Of a stretch of 41,731 nt of DNA, positions 1 to 6,622 are shown piece by piece (the first letter of the stretch is position 1; each line of letters opens with the position of its first letter). Source of the DNA: Candidatus Moraniibacteriota bacterium (GTDB lineage Bacteria > Patescibacteriota > Minisyncoccia > Moranbacterales > UBA9337). The notes beneath the pieces were generated by a model that was not told the origin of the DNA, made no database searches, and saw only the letters and a program-made list of their open reading frames with translations. The DNA is taken from NCBI GenBank assembly GCA_029865125.1, contig JAOUHN010000004.1, positions 1-41,731 on the forward strand. The letters run 5' to 3'. The translations under genes and the position numbers were made by a program.

Positions 1-1
1 A

Positions 2-1501
2 AAACTTTTGGTGAGTGAGCTTGAAGAAAGAGGAAGAGAGGACTTGGTGGAAAGAATCATTTTCGTCGCCACCCCACAAGCAGGAACCCCAAAGGCCTTG
101 GCAGGACTTTTGCATGGAGACAAGCTTAATATAGCTTCAGGAATAATCCTAGACAAAGACACTGCTCGAGGTTTTGCGGAAAACATGAGTGGAGCGTATA
201 ACCTTCTTCCTTCAAAAAAATATTTTGAAAAAGTGGAAACTCCAGTGATTGAGTTTTCTGATGAAGTGGATGACATTTATGATTTTCAAAAACTATATGG
301 CAAAGACATTGATAGTTTTGATGAAATGAAAAGTTTTCTTTTGGGAGATGATGGACAAAGAAGTGACCCAAGCTTTTCTGACACGGATTCGCCCAATGTT
401 CTTTCAAATAGTTTGTTTTCAAAAGCAACAAACTTGCACAGTGAAATTGATGACTGGGAAGCACCAGAAGGAATGAAAATCATTCAAATTGCTGGATGGG
501 GATTGGACACAATTTCCGGAATCAAATATGACAATTGCGACCTATATTTCTGCAATGGACTTAGTAATTTGGATCGAAAATTAGCTATTGTTCAAGACGG
601 GGATGGCACAGTAGTGACTGCCAGTGCTGTTGTAATGAGTGATGTGGACTATTATGTTGATTTGAAAAAGTATAATCGTCTCGGTGGTTTTCAGGTTAAC
701 AGGGAGCATGCAGATATCCTTGAGATTGACTCACTTCAAGATTTTATTTCAAATCTTATTGAGAATAAGGATGAATTGACTAGTTATATTAAGGATGATA
801 AGCCGGAAGTTAAAAATGAGGATAAAAGATTGCGTCTTAGAATGCATTCTCCAGTGGACGTTCATCTTTTTGACGAGGAAGGGAGCCACACAGGAGTCAC
901 TCAAAACCCAAATCCTGATTCTGATTTGAGGATGTTTGAAGAGGAAATTCCAAATTCGTACTATTGGGAATTCGGAGAAACAAAATATTTGGGGTCTGAT
1001 GGTGATGGTGTGACCAATGTTGATTTGATTGGAACGGGAATGGGAACATTCACATTTGAAATTGATGAGGTTCTGGGAGAAGAAACTGAGAACACAACCG
1101 TTTTTTCTGACATTCCCGTGTTTGAAGGGATGGAGGCGGAGCTTGAAATCAATGAAGGGGAAGTGAGCGCAATGGAAATTGATTTGGAAGGAGATGGAAT
1201 CGTTGATTTTTCATTGAGTCCAGGAGATGATACAATGAATGCGCAAGCTTCACTTCTCATTTTGGAAAAGATTTTGAATGATCTCACTTGTCACAAAAGT
1301 GTGAAACAACCACTTGTCCAAAGAATGATTCAGGTGAAAAGGTTGCTTGAAGATGAAAAAACACAACCTGCAAAAAACATCCTGGAAAGCATGGTCAATC
1401 ATTTGGAAGCTGTGAATAAAAGAAATGACATTGAGAAGCTGGGGATTTCTGAAGAAGAGATTGATGTTTTGATTAATATAATTTCAAAAATAAATAATTA
1501 A
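2..1501 (+). CDS. LCAT/PGAP1-like alpha/beta-hydrolase (putative phospholipase/acyltransferase), 5'-truncated by the window; C-terminal beta-rich region and FIMAH-like helical tail
   Basis: Frame is open from base 2. Motifs ATPQAGTPKA (typical after the nucleophile strand in LCAT-like lipases), GDGTV (catalytic Asp) and REHADIL (catalytic His). The GxSxG elbow would lie just upstream of the window. Confidence 0.75.
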   Translation, partial: KLLVSELEERGREDLVERIIFVATPQAGTPKALAGLLHGDKLNIASGIILDKDTARGFAENMSGAYNLLPSKKYFEKVETPVIEFSDEVDDIYDFQKLYGKDIDSFDEMKSFLLGDDGQRSDPSFSDTDSPNVLSNSLFSKATNLHSEIDDWEAPEGMKIIQIAGWGLDTISGIKYDNCDLYFCNGLSNLDRKLAIVQDGDGTVVTASAVVMSDVDYYVDLKKYNRLGGFQVNREHADILEIDSLQDFISNLIENKDELTSYIKDDKPEVKNEDKRLRLRMHSPVDVHLFDEEGSHTGVTQNPNPDSDLRMFEEEIPNSYYWEFGETKYLGSDGDGVTNVDLIGTGMGTFTFEIDEVLGEETENTTVFSDIPVFEGMEAELEINEGEVSAMEIDLEGDGIVDFSLSPGDDTMNAQASLLILEKILNDLTCHKSVKQPLVQRMIQVKRLLEDEKTQPAKNILESMVNHLEAVNKRNDIEKLGISEEEIDVLINIISKINN

Positions 1502-1511
1502 AAATAAAAAT

Positions 1512-1931
1512 ATGAGTTATAAGAAGAAAATAAGAAATGTGGTGGTTGCATGTTTAATTGCGATTGTTGCTAGCTTGATTTTAGCATTGCCAGAAAATTT
1601 TGGATTGTGCTCCAAGAACGATGACGGATGTATTTATTGGTATATCGATACCTTTGATAATTTAGTGCAGTTTATATTTTATTTTGCACTTGCTATTATT
1701 TTTTCTTTGACTGGAGCATACTTTACAGGAGAGAAAGCTTTTAACGCATGGAAGAAATTTGCAATGATATATTTGTCAATTGCGATTATCCTGGTTTTGA
1801 TTTCACCAACAACTAACATGAACTTTGTTGGTTTTGACAAGGAGCTAACCACAATGTGGCTTGCTGGGATATTTTTTGTGGTGAGTTTGGGGATTATTTT
1901 GGGAAAGAGAGAAAAACAAAGTTCGATTTAA
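1512..1931 (+). CDS. Small 4-TM membrane protein, paralog A1 (putative immunity-like protein)
   Basis: Four hydrophobic segments, Cys pair in the first loop (GLCSKNDDGC), shared C-terminal ELTTMWLAGIFFVVSLGIILGKR; starts 10 bp after the lipase stop. Confidence 0.8.
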   Translation: MSYKKKIRNVVVACLIAIVASLILALPENFGLCSKNDDGCIYWYIDTFDNLVQFIFYFALAIIFSLTGAYFTGEKAFNAWKKFAMIYLSIAIILVLISPTTNMNFVGFDKELTTMWLAGIFFVVSLGIILGKREKQSSI

Positions 1932-1949
1932 AAGGATAAATAAAAAAGT

Positions 1950-2378
1950 ATGAAATCTAAAAAGAAAGAAAGTATTATATTGATGACATCTATTATTCTG
2001 TTCCTTATTGGATATGCGATAGTCTATCCTGAAAACATGGGTATATGTGATAGAAATAATGATGCATGTATTTATAGTATGCCAACTTTTACTATTGGTG
2101 AGCCACTTTTATTTGGGTCAATTTCTTTAGTGGTCGTTTCAATATTTTTATTTTTTACAAATAAAAAATCTTTTGACATTTGGAAGAAATTTTCAATAAT
2201 TTATCTTCCAATTGCAATCATATTGATTTTGATTACCCCAGTTACATCCGGAGGTCTTATAAATATAAACAAAGAACTAACCACAATGTGGCTTGCTGGG
2301 ATATTTTTTGTGGTGAGTTTGGGGATTATTTTCGGAAAAAGAGATCATCACAGCCCGCTTGATTTGGATGAATGCTAG
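1950..2378 (+). CDS. Small 4-TM membrane protein, paralog B
   Basis: Same topology, PENxGxC...C loop, WKKF motif and shared C-terminal block; tail DHHSPLDLDEC. Confidence 0.8.
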   Translation: MKSKKKESIILMTSIILFLIGYAIVYPENMGICDRNNDACIYSMPTFTIGEPLLFGSISLVVVSIFLFFTNKKSFDIWKKFSIIYLPIAIILILITPVTSGGLININKELTTMWLAGIFFVVSLGIIFGKRDHHSPLDLDEC

Positions 2379-2511
2379 AACGAGATTTGAGTCCGTCAGT
2401 TGACGGAGAGATTTGAGATAGAGAAACCAGATTGAGATCATGAAACAGCAATTTAAAAAAAAGAAAAAACATGACACCAGATGACGGCCGTCGGCTCGCG
2501 TCCTGTTTGAA
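2289..2511 (+). repeat. ~220-bp direct repeat, copy 1 (copy 2 at 2911-3133; partial copy at 4523-4612)
   Basis: Near-identical at offset 622. Covers the gene 3' end, the palindrome TCCGTCAGTTGACGGA, GAGATTT-like heptads and the 36-bp palindromic site. Confidence 0.95.
2473..2508. repeat. 36-bp imperfect palindrome, copy 1
   Basis: GACACCAGATGACGGCCGTCGGCTCGCGTCCTGTTT with a central perfect palindrome GACGGCCGTC. Confidence 0.95.
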
Positions 2512-2526
2512 GAAATAATTATTTAA

Positions 2527-2622
2527 GTGAAAAAAAGAAAAGACATTGAGAAACTGGGGATTTCTGAAGAAGAAATTGAGAATCTAATGAAAATTATTAA
2601 CAAAATTAATTTAAATATTTAA
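2527..2622 (+). pseudogene. Orphan fragment homologous to the last ~30 codons of the lipase gene
   Basis: Translates VKKRKDIEKLGISEEEIENLMKIINKINLNI* versus the lipase end VNKRNDIEKLGISEEEIDVLINIISKINN*; directly precedes paralog C. Confidence 0.85.
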
Positions 2623-2628
2623 AAATAT

Positions 2629-3000
2629 ATGAAAAATAAAAAGATTTTATTAAGTGCAGCAATAATTTTGAGTATTATTGCTGGAACGATTTATAAAAAT
2701 AGGTATTTTAATGATCTAGGGACATTTTTATTTTTGTTTTCCTTGGCGTTAATTATAATTTTTATTGTATTATATTTTGTGAAAAATGAAGGGGTATTTA
2801 AGATTTGGAGGAATTTTGCAGGGGTGTATTTATCGATTGCTATTATCTTGGCAGTGATTACTCCTGACACGCCTGGGTTTCTTCGTCCGGATAGTGAAAT
2901 TATATCACTTTGGCTTGCTGGAATATTTTTTGTGGTGAGTTTGGGGATTATTCTTGGAAAGAGAGATCATCACAGCCCGCTTGATTTGGATGAATGCTAG
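2629..3000 (+). CDS. Small 4-TM membrane protein, paralog C
   Basis: Hydrophobic segments, FKIWRNF motif, shared WLAGIFFVVSLGIILGKR block and DHHSPLDLDEC tail. Confidence 0.8.
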   Translation: MKNKKILLSAAIILSIIAGTIYKNRYFNDLGTFLFLFSLALIIIFIVLYFVKNEGVFKIWRNFAGVYLSIAIILAVITPDTPGFLRPDSEIISLWLAGIFFVVSLGIILGKRDHHSPLDLDEC

Positions 3001-3133
3001 AACGAGAATTGAGTCCGTCAGTTGACGGAGAGATTTGAGATAGAGAAACCAGATTGAGATCAGAAAATAGTAATTTAAAAAAAAGAAAAAACATGACACC
3101 AGATGACGGCCGTCGGCTCGTGTCCTGTTTGAA
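2911..3133 (+). repeat. ~220-bp direct repeat, copy 2
   Basis: Matches 2289-2511. Confidence 0.95.
3095..3130. repeat. 36-bp imperfect palindrome, copy 2
   Basis: GACACCAGATGACGGCCGTCGGCTCGTGTCCTGTTT, ending 8 bp before the PaaX-like ATG. Confidence 0.95.
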
Positions 3134-3138
3134 AGGAT

Positions 3139-3702
3139 ATGTATAGAATTGGACCAGTTCAAAAAAAGATCATAGTTACTCTTGTGGGAGGTGTGGTGTT
3201 AGGATCGACTTCATCTCCAAGGCAATATTTCAAGGTATTGCGTGAAATAAAAAGAGAGTGGAAAAACATTAATTCTAGAAGTTTTTCTCGTTCTATGCAA
3301 AGGCTTTCTCGTGAAAAACTAATTGAAAAGAAAATGCTTCCAAATGGAAATTTTAAGCTGGAGTTAACTAAAAAAGGAAAAAATGAAGCAAGAAAGCTGA
3401 GTTTATTGGGGAGTAGTGTTGCGTGCAAGAAGCCAAAAAAGTGGGATGGGAAATGGAGAATTGTTATTTTTGATATTCCTGAAAAAGATCGAATATTCAG
3501 AGGTATTTTGAGAGAACATTTGTATGAATTAAAATTTGCTAAATTGCAACAAAGTGTTTTTGTTTCTCCGCACCCCTTTGAGAGAGCTATTCTTGAATTG
3601 ACGAGGCTATATTCTGCTGAGCGCTATGTGCGAGTAATTACAGCTTTGAAAATTGACAACGAACAAGAAATTAAAAAGAAATTTCAAGGAATAATAAAGT
3701 AG
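3139..3702 (+). CDS. PaaX-like protein (winged HTH plus Cas2-like/ferredoxin-fold domain)
   Basis: wHTH-like RLSREKLIEK...LELTKKG followed by WDGKWRIVIFDIPE and LQQSVFVSP, characteristic of the PaaX central/Cas2-like domain common in CPR. Confidence 0.8.
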   Translation: MYRIGPVQKKIIVTLVGGVVLGSTSSPRQYFKVLREIKREWKNINSRSFSRSMQRLSREKLIEKKMLPNGNFKLELTKKGKNEARKLSLLGSSVACKKPKKWDGKWRIVIFDIPEKDRIFRGILREHLYELKFAKLQQSVFVSPHPFERAILELTRLYSAERYVRVITALKIDNEQEIKKKFQGIIK

Positions 3703-3738
3703 GACACCAGATGACGGCCGTCGGCTCATGTCCTGTTT
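3703..3738. repeat. 36-bp imperfect palindrome, copy 3
   Basis: GACACCAGATGACGGCCGTCGGCTCATGTCCTGTTT, starting immediately after the PaaX-like TAG stop. Confidence 0.95.
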
Positions 3739-3773
3739 TGAGAAGTAATAAAATTTATTAAACAATAAGGAAT

Positions 3774-4160
3774 ATGAATTATAAGAAAAAGATATTAATA
3801 ATGTTGCTAATATCTGTAATTACTGGAATTTTTTCTTTTGGTACCTGTTTATCTTTATCGACAAGACATTATTGCAGTCCAGGTGAATTTGAAGCAATAT
3901 TTAATTTTTTGGCCCTTTTCTCGATCGCTTTTGGCACTATTTCCATAGTATTATTATTTACTAAAGGAGCATTTGATAGTTGGAAGTTATTCGCAATTAT
4001 TTATTTGATTGTGTCCATATTTCTTGTATCTGTAACATCAAACATGGGTGGAATGTTGGGAATTGATAAAGAATTTGTTACAATGTGGCTTGCTGGGATA
4101 TTTTTTGTGGTGAGTTTGGGGATTATTCTGGGAAAGAGAGAAAAACAAAGTTCGCTTTAA
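3774..4160 (+). CDS. Small 4-TM membrane protein, paralog D
   Basis: Cys pair in the loop, AFDSWKLF motif, shared C-terminal block with tail EKQSSL. Confidence 0.8.
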   Translation: MNYKKKILIMLLISVITGIFSFGTCLSLSTRHYCSPGEFEAIFNFLALFSIAFGTISIVLLFTKGAFDSWKLFAIIYLIVSIFLVSVTSNMGGMLGIDKEFVTMWLAGIFFVVSLGIILGKREKQSSL

Positions 4161-4177
4161 AAGGATAAATAAAAAAT

Positions 4178-4612
4178 ATGAGTTATAAGAAGAAAATCAG
4201 AAATATAATAATTGCATGTTTAATTGCGATTGTTGCTAGCTTGGTTTTAGCATTGCCAGAAAATTTTGGATTATGTTCAAAGGGCGATACTGCTTGTGTT
4301 AGGAAATTCATTCACCGTTTTGATAATATAATACAGACAACGTTTTATTTTGCACTTGCTATTATTTTTTCTTTGACTGGAGCATACTTTACAGGAGAGA
4401 AAGCTTTTAACGCATGGAAGAAATTTGCAAGGATATATTTGCCAATTGCGATTGTTCTGGTTTTGATTTCACCAACAACTAACATGAACTTTGTTGGTTT
4501 TGACAAAGAACTAACCACAATGTGGCTTGCTGGGATATTTTTTGTGGTGAGTTTGGGGATTATTTTCGGAAAAAAAGATCATCACAGCCCGCTTGATTTG
4601 GATGAATGCTAG
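4178..4612 (+). CDS. Small 4-TM membrane protein, paralog A2 (near-duplicate of 1512-1931 with a divergent loop)
   Basis: Nearly identical to A1 except the loop segment and the C-terminal tail. Confidence 0.85.
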   Translation: MSYKKKIRNIIIACLIAIVASLVLALPENFGLCSKGDTACVRKFIHRFDNIIQTTFYFALAIIFSLTGAYFTGEKAFNAWKKFARIYLPIAIVLVLISPTTNMNFVGFDKELTTMWLAGIFFVVSLGIIFGKKDHHSPLDLDEC

Positions 4613-4619
4613 GGAGGCT

Positions 4620-4715
4620 AATGAATAATTAAGAATGAATAATTAATAATGAATCAGAAACTCATAAATTCCTAAAATCCTAAATTCCTAAATTCCTAAA
4701 ATCCTAAATTCCTAA
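4620..4715. repeat. Short tandem repeats: AATGAATAATTAA(G/T) x2.5, then TAAA(T/A)TCC x6
   Basis: Read directly; the octamer array spans 4665-4712, just before the M23 start. Confidence 0.9.
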
Positions 4716-4722
4716 CAACAAT

Positions 4723-5244
4723 ATGGCATATCCGCACACACATGAACTGGGGCTTCCTTTGAAAGATTATAGAGTGAATGGTTCTCCGTTTGGAAAAGAC
4801 TGCACCTATGAAGGGGTGAATTGGGGGATTCATCTTGGAGAAGATGTCATCTGTGAAGGTGGAACAAAGATTTTTTCAATTGGAAGAGGAAGGGTCGTGC
4901 ATTGTCAGCTTCACGCAGGAACGAAAGAAAAAGGAAATTGGGGATGGGTTGCAATCATTGCGCACAAGAATCCAAAAACAAAAAAAGTTTTCTTCTCGAT
5001 CTGTGGTCACATGGGACGAGTTTTTGTTTCAAAAGGGGACACGGTTGAATTGGGTCAAAAAATTGGAACCATCGGCGCCTCAAACACCCCAGAAAACGGT
5101 TTCTGGGAAACACCCCATCTTCACTTCGCAATTTTCACCGGACCCTGGCAAAGAAAAATCCTCCCCGGATATTTCAAACCAGAACACAAAAGAACCAAGC
5201 TGGAATGGTGGGTGAGTCCGAAGGAGTTTATTGAGAGATATTAA
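4723..5244 (+). CDS. M23 (LytM-like) metallopeptidase, stand-alone catalytic domain
   Basis: HxxxD (HLGED), VSKGDTVELGQKIG and HxH (PHLHF) motifs; no obvious signal peptide. Confidence 0.9.
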   Translation: MAYPHTHELGLPLKDYRVNGSPFGKDCTYEGVNWGIHLGEDVICEGGTKIFSIGRGRVVHCQLHAGTKEKGNWGWVAIIAHKNPKTKKVFFSICGHMGRVFVSKGDTVELGQKIGTIGASNTPENGFWETPHLHFAIFTGPWQRKILPGYFKPEHKRTKLEWWVSPKEFIERY

Positions 5245-5256
5245 TTTTCAAACTGA

Positions 5257-6618
5257 ATGGAGAATCAGGTATATAAAAAATTAAAAGAGAGCATTTCTGA
5301 TATAAGAAGAGATGAGCTTCCGAAAATGGTAGATCAGCTAATTCGCTTAGGCGCTTTTGAGGTGACTTTTCCAGTTTTTAAAAAAGGCTTGATTTTAAAA
5401 AATCCTGGTTTTAATACTAAAAAAGGTTGCTCTATAAAGTCGGGTTGTCATGGTGATTCTGAAACAAAAGATGGGAAGATAAGAATTGAGTATAGCGTTC
5501 AAGAAGACTGGAGAGGAAAAGTTAAAGCAGAGATAAAAAGATTTAATGAATCAAATGAAAAGGATAAGGTTGAAACTTTTGTATTTGCCACAAATCAATA
5601 CTTGGACAATAAGGAGATTGAGTATCAAGAGAATGGAAAAAAAATAAAAAAAAGTATTGAAGAATATATTAAAGATAAAACAGGGGTTGGTAATGTTATT
5701 GTTTTAGGATTGGATGATTTACTTTCACCGCTAAGTGATCCAGAATTCTCTGGTGTGAGAAGGGATTTTTTAAAAATCGAAAATGAATTTTTTATAAATA
5801 GTCAACAATATTTAGATGGACTTGAAAAGTATAGGCGATATAGAATAAGTGATGGTGAAAAAAAGTCTGTCAGCGGTGCAAGTAAATTATTGCAGCAAGT
5901 AAGTAGTTTATCATGGAAAATTAAAAATGCAGAATGTAAGATAATTTTTATTAATGGTACAAGCGAGAATTTTAAAGAATTGTTGCGCTTAGTGGGCAAT
6001 GCTGCCAATGTCATTAAGTGTGAAGATGATCAAGAGATGGTTTTTATAAGATATCCTAGAAAAGATTTCACTATAAGGCAAGAGCACATTGATGAGATTA
6101 CGGGGAATGGTATTAAATATATTACAATATGGGATCCTGAGAAAATTAATAATCTAAATGATTATTCTCAGTTTGAGCAAGGGCAAAATAAAATGGTTTT
6201 TGTTTGTGCAAACAATAAGGAGTCTAGCAAAATTATTAATGAAATGAATTTAGAAGAGGGTGAATATGAAATTATAGAAGCTTTTATGGGTGATACCGAA
6301 AGCACCTTTGATATTGATAATTATGAAAAGGGATTAGATATAAAAAAGGATTATTCAGGAAATGCTGTAAAATATCAAGCGATGACTTATTTGTATGGGC
6401 CAATCAATATTAATGATAGTGAGATAAGAGTTAAAATTCGTAAATTAGTGGGGATAAATAAAAAAGAGGAGGAATTTATATTAAAAAACCTAATACAAAA
6501 AGATGCTTTGAATAGAGTTGGAAACTTGGTTAGTGTTAGCGATTTTAAACTGGGTAAGAATATTCTAGAAAAATTAGTGAGTAGTGGTGAAATAGATATA
6601 AATAATTTAATGGTTTAA
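5257..6618 (+). CDS. Putative restriction-endonuclease-like N-terminal domain plus degenerate P-loop NTPase-like region and C-terminal wHTH-like region
   Basis: GDSETKDGKIRIEYSVQEDWRGKV...FVFATNQ resembles Mrr-like REase domains fused to STAND NTPases. IIFINGTSENFKELL and YITIWD sit where Walker A and B would be, but there is no GKT. Confidence 0.5.
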   Translation: MENQVYKKLKESISDIRRDELPKMVDQLIRLGAFEVTFPVFKKGLILKNPGFNTKKGCSIKSGCHGDSETKDGKIRIEYSVQEDWRGKVKAEIKRFNESNEKDKVETFVFATNQYLDNKEIEYQENGKKIKKSIEEYIKDKTGVGNVIVLGLDDLLSPLSDPEFSGVRRDFLKIENEFFINSQQYLDGLEKYRRYRISDGEKKSVSGASKLLQQVSSLSWKIKNAECKIIFINGTSENFKELLRLVGNAANVIKCEDDQEMVFIRYPRKDFTIRQEHIDEITGNGIKYITIWDPEKINNLNDYSQFEQGQNKMVFVCANNKESSKIINEMNLEEGEYEIIEAFMGDTESTFDIDNYEKGLDIKKDYSGNAVKYQAMTYLYGPININDSEIRVKIRKLVGINKKEEEFILKNLIQKDALNRVGNLVSVSDFKLGKNILEKLVSSGEIDINNLMV

Positions 6619-6622
6619 CCAT

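Noticed and set aside
2473-3738. CRISPR array (36-bp repeats beside a Cas2-like gene)
   Set aside because: The intervals are about 570-590 bp and contain whole genes; there is no cas1 or effector gene, and the protein is a PaaX-type wHTH fusion.
1512-4612. Diversity-generating retroelement TR/VR pair
   Set aside because: No reverse transcriptase in the window; the differences are not confined to adenines and both copies are coding.
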